DNA of 62,481 nt, the filler included, from Catajapyx aquilonaris (lineage: Eukaryota): assembly GCA_000934665.2 (NCBI GenBank). It is 4 parts of 4 records of this genome, joined end to end, with 100 filler letters (N's around TTAATTAATTAA, not from the genome) between each part and the next. Parts side by side here need not be neighbours in the genome. Positions count along the whole stretch, not along the records: positions 1 to 15,586 come from JYFJ02007470.1; positions 15,687 to 31,220 come from JYFJ02007471.1; 2 more parts are not named here. One strand, given 5' to 3'. The notes below the pieces were generated by a model that was not told the origin of the DNA, did not search any database, and was given only the letters and a program-made list of their open reading frames with translations. This document shows, one piece after another, positions 14,791 to 27,930 of this stretch (position 1 is its first letter; every line of letters starts with the position of its first letter). The translations under genes and the position numbers were made by a program.

Positions 14791-15322
14791 TCTGCATTGA
14801 TTATTTTTCAAATATTTAACACATAAAATAATGAGATCAAAGCTCTCACAATCAAAAAATATTTCAATTTTTGTAATGTATTAGGCTATAATTTATGCCA
14901 ACTTGTACAAAAATGGAAAAACTATCTTCAGTTCTGGACATCAGTAGGCCTGTCACTACTATTTGTGTCACCATTATTTGCTTTGCTAGAATCAGATTCC
15001 ACCGCAGTAAAAGTGCAACAAAGCAGGTTTTTTAAAGTTTTAAAATTACTTCTCATCGTGACCCATTTCTTTTTCCCATGAAATGTAATGTCGAATATGG
15101 AGTTTGACTACAACTTGTACTGTAATTATTATTATCCCATGCACACATTTTTCTGGTATTTATACCTTGAATATATTACGCTCTTTGCTGTGTATATTTC
15201 AGCCAATTCCCATAGAGTCAGTTGGGTCATTTGCCAGTTGTAATTATATTGAATTTTGCTGCCTTTTCCAGCATTTTCATTTAAAGAAAATAACTGGCAG
15301 AGGTGAATAAACGGGATGGATA

Positions 15323-15586
15323 TGTTAGGCTCAAACCCCTTTCGCGGGCAAGGGTTACCATGGTATGTTCAGTAACACACACGACACCTTCCGCTACTGT
15401 GCAACTGTGGTTTATTGACCTAAGGCGGATACATTACCAGTACATGGCACGAAACCCCGGGAGAGTCGCTCACTAGCGTCTGCCTCCTCTGGTCGTCTCT
15501 CACTCTCTCTCCCCGCCCGCTCTCCCCGGCCTCCCACTCCTACTTCCTCCTACTCCCCTCCTGCCCCCACTTCCAGAGGGCCAACA
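15323..15586 (-). mobile_element. Probable LTR (solo or 3' LTR), 264 bp
   Basis: Minus strand reads TGTTGG...CCTAACA (TG...CA with short terminal inverted repeat) with an internal AATAAA. No TGG primer-binding site follows the 3' end, and the contig breaks exactly at the other terminus. Confidence 0.5.
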
Positions 15587-15686
15587 NNNNNNNNNNNNNN
15601 NNNNNNNNNNNNNNNNNNNNNNNNNNNNNNTTAATTAATTAANNNNNNNNNNNNNNNNNNNNNNNNNNNNNNNNNNNNNNNNNNNN
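15587..15686. other. Artificial contig-joining spacer
   Basis: 44 N + TTAATTAATTAA (stops in all six frames) + 44 N. Confidence 0.97.
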
Positions 15687-16467
15687 CGAACGAAGACGAT
15701 GAATCCGCACCCGTTTTTCTCCTCGCTTTGCCTGAAAAGTGGCGCGGTCGCCAGGTACCCGGCCCTCTTAAAATGGACATCCGAAAAAAGTTTTTTTTAG
15801 CTGAATTGGGCTGTGACTTTTCTTTAAGTGCCTGGGAAGTGTGCTTTGCACTAGAGTTCAGTTTTAAAATCTAGAATAGCGAGGTACCATGCTACGAGGT
15901 CATCAGGTCAGAAGGGAAGGAGCAAGGCGCATGCCTGGAGTGGTGGTCTTTCAAATAGCCTAGTTTCATATTTATCTTTAATTGTCTTCTGAGAGGATTT
16001 GCTACCATGAATTCCACAAATGAATGTAAAAAACATTGTTTTGAGGATAGAGCAGTATGTGAGTGATCCATTAAGTGGTATTTAAATTTTCAGCTTTCAT
16101 CCGTTCTGCTTTTGTAGCAGCAAGTGTAGGTCCTAATGTTCTCATTGGTTGTTTGTCACTATTTTTGTCAATATTTTAAAACTTAAAAAAATCTCGTTTC
16201 TTATTGGGAAAATGTTCAGAAAATGCAATAGGAACTGACATTATTGCGTTACTCAATTCTTCTCGGGTCTCAGGAGGATATGCGAAGTACATCGAATTAA
16301 GGCGATTGAATATAATATGGCCTGCTTATTTTGTCAGGATATCATTTTGTAGGCTACTGTACATTTAGGTTTAGGGCGATGCCCACATTAATATTCATTG
16401 ATAAAATAGATTGGGATTTTCAAAAAGTTATCCAGATAAGGTATATATTCAATATGCGTGTTATAGA

Positions 16468-17986
16468 CTCAACCCCAGAAAACGGCCATTGGGCGAAACA
16501 ACCGTCCAGACTGCAGAATGATCCATGTCAAACCATCCATTCTGCGGAATGGATGATGGTTATTTGACATCCATAGAGCATTCCGTGGAATGGTCGTTTT
16601 CAGAACGGCCAGACCCCGAAATGCAATTTTTTAAAAGGCCAGAACGCTTTCTGGACTCAACAAAATACTGTCAGGACGCGAATTTTGTATCGTGATGCCT
16701 GGTTGAGAAAACGCCCATGACATGTTGTGGCAACAGTTTCTTGTTTCCCACTATACGGTAAGTAGACGCTGGAAATAAATCACCTTATCGATGTTTCGCA
16801 AATATATTGGTTAAATTCTTAACATTTGATTATCCTGTCACATCGTTTTCCAGGAACTGTTACCTTCAATGAGGCTGTTTGTTCTTACAGGCACTGTTAG
16901 AGTGACACTTAGAATTACATTCAGTATTACTTGAACTACATTTACATTATTTTCTAACTGCAACTTACGAATCCCTGCTGATGACCTGCATTTAAAGCTG
17001 AATCCGATCGAAAAGATACAGAACTGGAAGGAACTGTCTGGGTTCAGATCTTAAAAATTTGAAACAGCGGTTGTGAACTATAATTGCTTAGCAATCCTAG
17101 CATATATATTACAGCCTCTCTAAAATACCGTCTCTGCTGCCCAACTGGTAGATCCCAGCATAGATGCATTAACGAAACCTATTAGTCTATTACAACTCCC
17201 GAAACATTCCTAATATACCAGATTCCTAATATTCCTAATATTCCAGACATCCTCGATCGGCTTCAGATTTAAATTCAGATACAGCAGTAGTAAGCAGGGA
17301 TTCGTAAGTTGCATTTGCAAAAGGTACTGCATTGATAAGAATAATGTACAGTAATATTGTCGTTCAAGTAATATTAAATGTAATTCCTATAGTGCCACTC
17401 TGACAGTGCATGTAAGAGTAAATAGCCTAATCATTAATAAAGGTATAACCGTTCCTGAAAAAAGATGCACAAGTAATAATGGTAACCTATAAATACGCGA
17501 GGATTCGGATGTAGCCCTAACAGTTTATCTGAAAAAAGATATCCAAGTACGTAATAATGTTAATAAAGAGGATCATTAAATCTTGAAGTAATTTTACTTA
17601 AATTAAATACCGGTACTTTACCATGCTTAAATAAATTTCAAATTTAATTTTCACCCATTTGCCAAATCAACAATAAGGTGATTTATTTCCAGCATCTACA
17701 TGGCATGGTGGGAAACAAGAAACTGCCACAACATGTCATGGGCGTTTTCTCAACCGCGCATTACGACACAAAATTCGCGTTTTTGACATTTAGTTGAGTT
17801 CGAAAGCGTTCTGGCCTTTTTAAAAAGCGCATTTCGGGGTCTGGGCGTTTTTAAAACGACCATTCCGCGGAATGCTCCGTGTCAAACTCTGTATTCTGCA
17901 GAAAGCTGGATGGTTTGACAGTAAATCAGTTTCTTGCAGTCTGGGCGGGTTTTTTTTTTGTCCAATGGCCGTTTTCGGGGTTTGAG
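16468..17986. mobile_element. Foldback / long-TIR non-autonomous DNA element
   Basis: Diverged inverted arms of roughly 550-700 bp around a ~240 bp spacer, e.g. GAAAACGGCCATTGG / CCAATGGCCGTTTTC, GAGAAAACGCCCATGACATGTTGTGGC / GCCACAACATGTCATGGGCGTTTTCTC and CAACTTACGAATCCCTGCT / AGCAGGGATTCGTAAGTTG. No coding capacity; superfamily unassigned. Confidence 0.75.
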
Positions 17987-18479
17987 CTTAACATATGCAT
18001 GAAAAACCTATTTCGAGACGTGAATTTTTTAAGTCTTTTCGGACCTCGGACACTGTATACTGTCTGGATAACATCTAACAATAAACAGAATTGCTTAAAA
18101 AGTTCTTAATAAGTGGTTACCTGCATCACTTCAGTTAGGTCTGGTTCTGGTTGCTCTGTTGAGTTATCAATTTATCATCATAAAGCCAGGCGTCTATTTT
18201 TTTAAAGCCATGCTTCACCATGTTCATCAATGTGATAGCAGCCAATATTCTACAGGTTACATGACTCCGTTACCACGGCCGCATACTTGATAGCGAGCTC
18301 TCGTTATTTTACCTTTTGACAAAAAGCAACTGATGTATACATGCCTCAACGGAGATGAAATCGTCATCAAAATCAATTTAGGCAAAAAAAAAAAATGCTG
18401 GAACCCTAACTTACAGCGGGCAGGTGCACCTTTTGGAGCACCCTGTGCATTACTCTGTTATATGGGTCTGCTGATGTGC

Positions 18480-19110
18480 GTGGACTATTGATCGGCGGTC
18501 GCTGGTGAATCTGCGCCAAAAGGGTCTCTCCGCAACGCAACTCAGGCCTGTTTCAGGCCAGCACCCCCGCCTGCACAGAACTCCACAGAATATTATTTGG
18601 CTCCTGGCACTTTTCATCGGCTCCCTCACAGCACCCCATGCATGCCACACAAAATGAATACCCTGAGTCCCTGACTGATGAATCCAGGCCGTATAAGGCA
18701 AGGGAATGCCAAGATCTATACGTCATCATGACATCTGAGCTCATTTTCATAAAGAACTGGAAGAGCCGCGAGTAAGGGGATCACCTTTGTGCTTATTCAC
18801 CAAACTCATCCCAAAACTGTTCAATTTGGATTAGTAGGCTATATGTCTTACAGATTTGTATTAGACCTATAATCTATATGCTGCATGACACATCGCAATT
18901 ACTTGCAGGATGCTGGTTAAATTTCACTATATTCTATCGGACCGGTCTATTCCGGCTTGGGGGGAAGCAGGCACGTGAAGGGTCATTATCATTATCATCC
19001 ACTTTATAGTCACTGAACCCTCACCAAGTCCGGTCTGACGCATCCCTTTCTCCCCTCAGGGCAGAAATAGATCTGCAGAGTTACTCGCATATCACTGAGA
19101 ACCTGCAGGT
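18480..19110. mobile_element. Highly decayed Tc1-like transposase fragments
   Basis: Motif remnants: TDESR on the plus strand (~18675); GEGSV (~19015) and IEQFWDEF (~18810) on the minus strand, resembling Tc1 FSDESRF, GGGSV and PIENLWDEL. Confidence 0.3.
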
Positions 19111-19481
19111 GAGGGCAAAAATAGTTGTACAGTATTATCTAGGTTGCGTTCCATTCATGGCCAATGAAAGGTATAGATAGATTGCCCATCCCAGGTAATC
19201 ATATTTGCATTGGTGTAAAATCCATCACACATTATATTGAGGTGATAAAAAGTGGCGAATTTATCACTCCAGCCAGATCCAGATAAATCGCTAATTGAAT
19301 CGCACATGTCTATATTATTTTAATAATCCTGCCGTGTACTGGTACGGTATATCTGGTACATAATTATGCTTGTATATGCTAGCGCAACACTTGCAGGCAA
19401 AAATCAAACAATAATTATAAGTCTATAAGATGCGATGCTAGTCTAAGAAGCCGGCTGAATAAGCCTATGACTTTGGCGGTC

Positions 19482-20240
19482 GTCAATGATCAAAAAGTTC
19501 CCGGACTGTCGATATAGGATATACTGTGCAAACCAGTGGAGCTACGAACTTGTGACGTTAGGGGGCGCTAGGTGCACCTTTCATCTATTAGTCTGAAAAA
19601 TCTCATCTTCATAGGTGCACATGTTTCCGAGTTTCGGCAGTTTTCTTGACACCGTGTTCTTGTGCTTCTGCGATTTTTCGAAATGGCTGATGTTAGGGAG
19701 CAAAAGATTTGTATTAAATTTTACTTCCAGCTCAACAAAACTTCGGATGCAACCAACCGAATGCTGAACAAGGCTTTTGATGAACAAGTTGTAAGACAAG
19801 CAATAACATATGAGTGGTTTAACAGCTTCAAAGGTGGCGCGTCAAGTTCGCGGCATGATCAACTTAATGCTGATCATTTTCTTTGACATTTTAGGAATTG
19901 TGCATATGGAGTTTCTCCATCTTGGTATAAAACTGTCAACGGCAAGTCTTACTGCAATGGTTTGAGACGACGATTTAGGCTCAAATGACCGGAGATGTGG
20001 AAGAACATAGACTGGTTGCTGCACCATGACAATGCCGCTTGCACACACCTCATGCGTTTAGTCAGGGACTTCCTGATAAAAAATAACATGACCACTGTTC
20101 CCCACCCTGCATATTCGTTCGTCCTGGCACCACGTGATTTCTACCTCTTCCCTAAAATGAAATTTGGGTAGAAAAGGAGGGATTTTGACTCCACTAAAGA
20201 GGTCTAAGCAAAATCGCAGCAGGTGTTGAACACACTACTG
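19482..20240 (+). mobile_element. Internally deleted, inactivated mariner element
   Basis: N-terminal HTH MADVREQKICIKFYFQLNKT...YEWFNSFKGG joined by deletion to LMLIIFFDILGIVH, WLLHHDNA and HPAYSFVLAPRDFYLFPKMK (mariner YSPDLAP/DD34D motif), with stops and frameshifts. Confidence 0.85.
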
Positions 20241-20307
20241 TTGGTCTTTTTTTTTTGTGCTTGTAGTGGTAAATTTGGAGTCGCGACCGCTAAACGGAAA
20301 AGAACAC

Positions 20308-20660
20308 AAGCGGCGGATTTCCCATTAGGCACAGTAGGCACTAGCCTAGGGGCGGCCGCGAGTTGCAATAAATAATATTTCTCAAATACAATAATATGAA
20401 ATTAAGGCGAGATCACAAAGAAAGTCGATTTTTTGAGAGCTTGATTTACCACTACAGGCAGAAAAGGTAATTGCCGAAGGGCGGCCGCCCTCTGGTCGGC
20501 CATAACTTTCAATATAATATTTTAAAATAAAATAACATTAAATGAAAGAGAGAACACAATAAAAAATTTTGCACTGATTTTTAAGCGGCGTCAGGCCGGG
20601 GGGAGGGGCGGCCGTATCTCACGTGCCTAAGGGCGGCCGGGGAGGTAAATCCGGAGCTGC
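20308..20660. mobile_element. hAT-like GC-rich MITE
   Basis: Ends CAAGCGGCGGATTT ... AAATCCGGAGCTG with repeated GCCTA(G/A)GGGCGGCCG subterminal motifs. Confidence 0.4.
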
Positions 20661-20739
20661 ACACAGAACAGTGCAATGTGCATGTGACAAGCTCATTTCC
20701 AGGGACAAGACATGCCCCCCCCCCCCCNCCCCCCCCCGG

Positions 20740-21003
20740 GCAGGTCAGCATTTCCGAAGCGACGATGAGGTGAAGATGGCTGTGCGTGACTGGTGCTGTC
20801 AACAGGGCACCCCTTTCTATTGGGAAGGGATTGAGAAACTGGTCTGGCGATGGGATAAGTGCGTTCTTCGGTGTGGAAACTATATGTAGTAAAGTAGATG
20901 TCCATTGTCCTCATGTACCCTGTAAGTTTCGTCATTTGTGTTCATACAGAATAAAGGTTACAGCCTTGGAGAGTTGGAGACCTTACTTTCTGATCACTAC
21001 TCG
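20740..21003 (+). mobile_element. 3' end of a second mariner element
   Basis: GQHFRSDDEVKMAVRDWCCQQGTPFYWEGIEKLVWRWDKCVLRCGNYM* is a typical mariner C-terminus, followed by TIR ...TTACTTTCTGATCACTACTCG|TA. Confidence 0.8.
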
Positions 21004-21160
21004 TATGTGTACATTGCGCGAGTGTTTATGTGTCTGCTATATTCATGTCATCCTTTTCATTATCATCCTCTCTGCGTGGCCTGACCAGTCACCAGAGGAT
21101 TTCGTCGTACGAGATGGCCAGGGGGATTGTTCCTGGTCATCGGGTTACACTCCCTTGCGG

Positions 21161-21220
21161 TTACACTCACGGCATATTCCCAAGATGGGGCCCCATTTTG
21201 GGAATATGCCGTGAGTGTAA
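21161..21220. repeat. 60-bp near-perfect palindrome followed by a (TGAA)n tail
   Basis: Arms TTACACTCACGGCATATTCCCAAGATGGGG and CCCCATTTTGGGAATATGCCGTGAGTGTAA, one mismatch. Confidence 0.9.
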
Positions 21221-21997
21221 TGAAATGAATGAATGAGTTAAAGTTTTAATGAACAACTGGCATCTCGAAAAGTCGGTCACAATCTGTACCAGCAGCACTA
21301 TATACCTGAGAAATACCTAACATTCCTTGCTCCTCATCTCGTGAATTTAAAGTGGAATTTGCAATAATTATTGAGACTTTGTAATACACATTTTCGGAAA
21401 CCCGAATCTATTGAACAAAACGGAGTTTCACCTTTTCATTTGACAATGTTATTTATAACTTATGAACAATTTCCATTGACGGGAGAAGGGAGAGTTTTTT
21501 TTTAAAGGCTCCTAGACGAGATGCTTTTCTCCGAAATTGTTATTTCTCTTTCAGAAATTATACACTTGACCAGCATGACCATCAGAAAGTCCCCTTTTAG
21601 TACAGCACTACAACATTAAGCAATGCAAATTGAGACCTCGGCCAAATTTAGAATCAGAGAGTTCTGCATTTTATGGTTTTCATAAATATACGACACATGA
21701 TTAGTTTGAATTCATAAATTAATAATTTATCATTTATACCGTATATATAGTCTGCTGAATACAGTCAGGAATCGCCATGCAACATCTTTGACACTGCAAT
21801 GTCAATAATAATGATTGAAGAGTTGTGCTATCATGTGAAATGAATGTGTACTCGGCTATACCACAAAGGCAGCAATTTGGCATTGTATAAAATCATGCCA
21901 AATGGCACTTAACCTGAGTGTATATATGGGAACCAATAGCGTGTCAGATGGTTATCATAGTCAAAGGCAGCTCTGTTGGGCTTCCCCAGCGACTATA

Positions 21998-22627
21998 CAG
22001 GGTGTGCAAAAATGATGGGGCCAAAGTAAAAAAAATCTAGAAAATGCAACGTATACAAGGTACAACTCCCGTACATATCTCATATCAAAGAGGAAGGTTG
22101 AAAGTTTTTTTTACATATACATACAAACCCTCGATATGAGCACCGCGTGTTGCACGGCACTGACGGCAGGCCGCGTTTAACCGGAAATCGGTGCATTGTA
22201 GCATGTCCGGCGTTATTATATATGGAAGCCACGACAGAAGTGATGCGGTGCTTCATCAGTTTGGCCGAAGATCTCGGGAGGGGTGCCACAAACACTGCAT
22301 CCTTAATGTATACCCCCACAAAAAAATCACACAGCGTCAAATCCGGTGAACGGGCCAACGGGGTGGCCAAGCCCGCGGTACACTGCATCGCTGTTAGTGG
22401 AACATCCCGATCCACCTTTGAGACAGTAGCCGATTCAGGAAGTCGCGGACGTGGAGATGGAAATGCGGAGGTGCTCCATCTTGTTGGAAGATGAAATCCG
22501 GGGCATGTTCTTGCAGCTGTGGCATTAACCTCTGCAGCACGCACCAAGCCTTTTCCTCCGCCGACACTATTTTTAACTCCTGGATGGCACGGCACTAATC
22601 ATTTCATGTGGTGAGATATGTAAAAAA

Positions 22628-22677
<50 letters not shown>

Positions 22678-22775
22678 TTCAACCTTCCTCTTTGCGATGA
22701 GTATGGGAGTTGTACTTTGTATGTTGCATTTTCTAGAATTTTTTTACTTTGGCCCCATCATTTGTGGACACCCTG
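21998..22775 (-). mobile_element. Deleted DD41D-like (rosa-type) Tc1/mariner element with ~100-bp TIRs
   Basis: TA|CAGGGTGT...ACACCCTG|TA termini; the interior encodes FIFQQDGAPPHFHLHVRDFLNRLLSQRWIG and ARSPDLTLCDFFVGVYIKDAVF with frameshifts. Confidence 0.85.
22633..22676. repeat. (CA)n microsatellite
   Basis: About 22 uninterrupted CA units. Confidence 0.95.
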
Positions 22776-25700
22776 TACATATAGTCCTATAGTCGCTGGG
22801 CACCAGCAGGCATTGGCAGCGTACATTACATTTTGGCACGCCGTATCTATAACGTCAGCTTGCCTCCGTTATGTTATATGATGCACATGCACCACAACCA
22901 CAAGACTGCAGAACATTGATTGGAAATATGATAGTGGTGTAATGCAGTTATTGCAATGAATGTTCCGAAGAGCATGCGACAAAAAATGGCAATTTTCCCC
23001 ATCGTACTAAAACGGAACATCGACCACATGTTCCAGCTTGGAAAAAAGTATTTACGAAGTGCACATTATTCCCGGAGTTATCTCACAATTTTTTTTTTAA
23101 AGTTGTGTGATTCGACCGTTTCTTATATTTCTGCACACTAGAATAGGCGTCCACATTTAGTACATACCTAAACTTATGTGTAAATGAGACAATAATTTTT
23201 ATAACAGAAAAGTTTGTTGTAATCTGTTTACACATCACGAGCAAGGAATGAAAAGCGTATAAGTTATAGCCTTTCGTGCTGCAGCCGGTCGAGATGGAAT
23301 CAGCGCAGAGTGGACCCCCTATACTTATAATGATGAGGATTTGATGGCCAAATTAAAGGGCAGCAGGCATCCAGCTGTGATTGGCATCCTGTTTGGTGGA
23401 TAGGTGGATGGATGATGAATGTAAGGGGCGACATTGAGTCTCTCTTCTCAATAACGAAGGGGGTGGAGTGCGTACGTGTGGAGAGAGAAAGAGAGATTAA
23501 GCACATACCAAGTTTATGCACACGTGAGTCAGAAAACACTGCAGTGCGTGTGTTTATGGAATGCAATAATGGCTCTCATGTTTACAAAGTAAATGAGTAA
23601 AAGGTAAAATGAAAGTTGTATGGCTATTATTCGAGTATGTATGTATTTATTTAGTGACGTGGCTCTTTCGAGACATTCTCGTATACATGCTCACACATGC
23701 TCGTACATTCAAGAGGAATAAACTGGGGTGTGTCAGAAGTACATGCCCCGCCCACTTTTTCAATTTTAAAAAAATTTGCTCCATTCATTTGTGCCGTTTT
23801 TTTCTGGTTTGTGCCAAAAAACGCTTCGTTTGCTTGCTATTTCCATTTTCGTCTATTGGATTTATTGGCTAATTCTGGACTTGCATTTGAATATATATAC
23901 CCGTACTCGTCAGACTGTACTATAAATACCTGTGTTACTGGGTGTCACATCCGGCAGTTAGGGCCTATCCCTATACCATCAGCAACGGTCAAAGATTCTG
24001 GGAAGGAGTTCACCTGTAATAAGATGTTACCAAATCGGCAATGAATCTTGTCTTTAGATCTGAAGCGGCCATTGTTTCGAGGGGGGTTCATTAAAGATTT
24101 CTCCTGACCAACTTCCCATGGACTGAGACAAACTAAACTTGGCACATTTCTTAGTCCATCTCTATATTATATATAGCTTATAGCTATATTACCACCAAGA
24201 GTCACACACTTCTCCCATCGCTTTAGGCAGCAGCTGTGCGGAAACCATGTTTGTAGATCGTGATACTGTATATCGTTGAAAATGTAATGGTCAAAGATCA
24301 GATACCGCCGATATTGGTATGACTGTCTCACCGGTTTTAACAAACCAACTGTTCAATATTATGGGGCATATGCCGAATTTTTTAAGACTGTGTATAGCCT
24401 ACTTACTGGATTCTTCGGACTTCTCCAACCTCCAGGGCAAGACTGATGAATGTGATGCAAGGCTATAATTACAGCATTGCCTCACATTCAACGATATTGT
24501 GGAGGCGTATAGGGATTGTAACCGCAACAATGCCCCAGGAAGACCATCTTGAGACTTGGGGAACAGGTGCAGCAGCAGGAGAAGATCGTGCAGCCGCATG
24601 TCTATACGAAAATAATTTTTCCGGAGCTGAACATCCGCCTGTCTGAGATGACACATTAAGTTATAATTTCTGCAAACATCAAGTACCACCACATAAGATT
24701 ACATAGGGGCGACGTCTGAAGAAGAGCTAATGTCATCGGCCATTTTACTGCATAATTATACAGTATTGACTGAGCTTGAGAGTTTTGGGTATATATTATA
24801 TACATTTAGAGACGAAAGTCGACTGCCAAAGACCTACAAAAGTGAAAATGTAAGTTATACGTATATACAGTACAACAGTAGTTGCATGGTTATTAGCAAG
24901 GGTCAGAATTGAATGACTGCAACATATAATTTCGGAGTGAGTTATGGAACACTCGCCCTCTTTCCGAACTTATTTTACGTCATAACTTTCTTCACATATA
25001 ATGACAATTAGTAAAGGTTAATATTACTGTCCGTGAAATCTCCTATTGGGAATCGGGGCTGTCTAAAATTACTAAGTTTTTTTTAACTACGAGAGATAAT
25101 TTTATAGTAGTCTACCAAACAGACCAAACACCATCAGCAACATGAAAGAAGCGGCGGCAGATTGAATGTCTCTATATTATAAGTTACAGTATATTGGAAC
25201 AGCCCAAGATGCGGTAAAGGTGTTTTAATTAATATGTAAGTTGTCGCTCTTGTGTTAAATTCTGAAAAATTTACACGTCACCTGTCTGAGCCTGTGCAGA
25301 TAAGCAGTTTACGCGACTTTTTCACTTCCGTAGTTCCGTTTCAATCAGCAGTGAAGCATAAATGCAGTATAAACAAAATAGCGAACTGATGGGAAAACCA
25401 TAGAAAACTCAAGTCAAGACTATCACCGGGGATCTTATAGAAACCGGGCTCTCCCGACATGGTGAACTCGTAGTAATCCTACAGCGATAGCCTATACTGA
25501 CTAGGTCGCTTTAGGTGACAAAATCATGGACCAATAGCCTATAATCCTATCAGTATTGTACACTGCTGTTTATGACGAGTCAATGATACAAAACTGCAAG
25601 ATAATCGAGAAAATCGGGAAGCTGCTGAGTGCTGAGCTAAGCTGCCAAAGATATAAAATCACCTTATTCCTTCTGATTCTAATGAAATTTTTTTTTCAGC

Positions 25701-27342
25701 AAATAATTTGCGTCAATCCGATGAAGCTCATTTTATCGATCCAGAGTGCCGAAAAATCCAAAATCGATTTTGAATTCAACAATCTAGTCACCGAGAATGA
25801 AAACGAAGTGCGCCGTCCAATTATTAGACTAGACGGCCCAAAAATGAACCTTCAGGAGCAGTTTATTTCCCACCCTGCCACTAAATGCCAGACTCTTTAA
25901 GCCGGAAATCCGGAAACCCTGTTTTAATTTTTTTTACGAAGTGTTTAATATGCTTGGATTTTCCCCTTTCATTATTACGACCTCTTGCTGAACTGTTTCA
26001 ACTATCTCCTCTGTAATTTGAAGAATGTTATATGAATGTATTTGAACTTTAATCAGATATTTGAATCACAATATATTGTCCACTATACAAATAGGGAGCT
26101 GGATTTAGCTATCTCGGATAAATATTTCGGTATTTTCAGGTCTCGGATGATTAAAACTTATGAGAGAATTACTTGCTCATCGGTTAAGGTCTTTTATAAG
26201 TTATTAATGTTAAATCCTCAATGTATATATGTATAGTTACAATGACGCATCCCGTTGTTGACAGCAGTAGCCTATATACTATGTACACAAGGCCAATAAC
26301 CCGCAATCATAACCCATCCGAAACAGATGTCCGCTGTAATGCAATCTCACGGTATTCCATCAACTATTGATTGATCCGGCTGGCATATAGTCCCTTCGGA
26401 ATGAGAAAACTGGCCTATAGCATTCACCCCCATCTGAAAAATGGATTTATTAGGTACGGTAGGAACGAAAGGGGGTGTGTGGATGCTGCCAAAAAAACAT
26501 CTTCCAGTCCACCCACCCACTCTTAGAAGTCGACGACCTGCATCAATAACACGGTGCCGCCGCTGCTTTCGTCACGGCACTTTCCAGCTTGAATTGAGGG
26601 GAGGAGGGAGGATAAGAGTGTGGGGGTTGACGTGCAGCCAGAGGGACCCTCTCTCTCTCTCATCCCATACCCATTCCTTCCCCCACTCGGTCGCTACAAA
26701 TGGACCCGTCCGCCGCCTCGTCATGTTCATGCATCAACTCCCCCCGTACCCTCCGAACACCCCCTAGTTTCCCAAGCGCTGAAGGCACAAAAAAAGGACA
26801 TCCCCCCTACCATGTAACTCTCCCCCACTATATGGAGGGGCTCACTCCCACCAGCGCAGGAAGTTACGCTCCCTGGAGGCAGATACTGCGGAGGCCTCCG
26901 TTGTCTTGTCAAGCACGTATAATTCATAGGTGGAGGACTCTTTTGTAGGTGGCGTATCCCACTATGCTGGGAATCTTTGTGTGATAAAACGTGCTGGTAT
27001 TATTCGGAGTTGCAAATTAAATCCGTCATCCGTATCGATCTGGTCTAAGGCGCGGTACACACAAGGGGCCAGTGGCAGTGTTATAGGTTGATATTAATTA
27101 GTATTCGCCCTTCGCAGAGGATCAAACTATTGATATGCAAGCATACTGCCCAACTCCCCCATTTCAGAAGGGAAGTGGGTGAAGATTGTTTGCTACAGCA
27201 ACCAGTTTAAAGTGGAACAACAATCTTGTAGGCCTACTTAACGAGAATAGTAATGTTTTAAAATTGCAACAGAACGTATAAAAGTGATGTCGTAATAGCA
27301 CTTACTATGCCATATTCACCAAACAAATATGACTCTTTAGGG

Positions 27343-27583
27343 CAATGGTTTCCAACTGGGGGGGCCGCGGGCAGGGTCGTGGAGGGTCGCGAGCCTTGGT
27401 TAAACTTTTTTTTTTTTTGTGCAATTTCCGTGGATCTACGTATTGAACAATTTTTGCAGCCGTGCAGAGGGTATATGTTTTCTGGAAAGGGGACAGTTTT
27501 GGGAGGGGAGAAGCGGGGGGTCGCATCACATTAATGGAAACATGTTTAGGGGGTCGCAGTTGGTAAAAGTTTGGAAACCACTG
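27343..27583. mobile_element. hAT-Charlie/Buster MITE
   Basis: TIRs CAATGGTTTCCAAC / GTTTGGAAACCACTG with a perfect 8-bp TSD CTTTAGGG (27335-27342, 27584-27591). Confidence 0.9.
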
Positions 27584-27588
27584 CTTTA

Positions 27589-27930
27589 GGGGAAGGTGCG
27601 GTGGCCGAGACGGTAATATCGTCTCCTCTTGCTATGCGAAAGGTCCCGGGTTCTAATCCCCGCCCGGGAGTTACGGTACCTTTCGCCTGCGTCAGTGGGT
27701 CTCTGATGGCCCGCGCCTAAGGAGGCGTCTTGGCAACCGGCCTCCTGGGGGACTGCACTCACATGACCATTTTCCGACATTGCACTTGCACCTGTGTTCC
27801 ATCCCAATTCCCCCATCATTACCCTTGCACGGAGTCTGAAGAAAAAATGGAAAATTGGCACAGATGGTGGTAATCCACCCCCCTAAAAGGGCTTCGTTCC
27901 CTCCTATGGGGTAAACAAACAACAACAACA
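27589..27930 (+). mobile_element. tRNA-derived SINE, head type A (tRNA-Ala-like)
   Basis: GGGG start, A-box TGGCCGAGACGG, B-box GGTTCTAATCC, core CGACATTGCACTTGCAC, (AAC)n tail; homologous to copies at ~41000 and 59172. Confidence 0.85.

Noticed and set aside
21060..21150. Hammerhead-ribozyme-like CCGATGA...CGAAA on the minus strand
   Set aside because: Core is CCGAUGA rather than CUGANGA, stem II does not close next to GAAA, and the would-be cleavage triplet ends in G.
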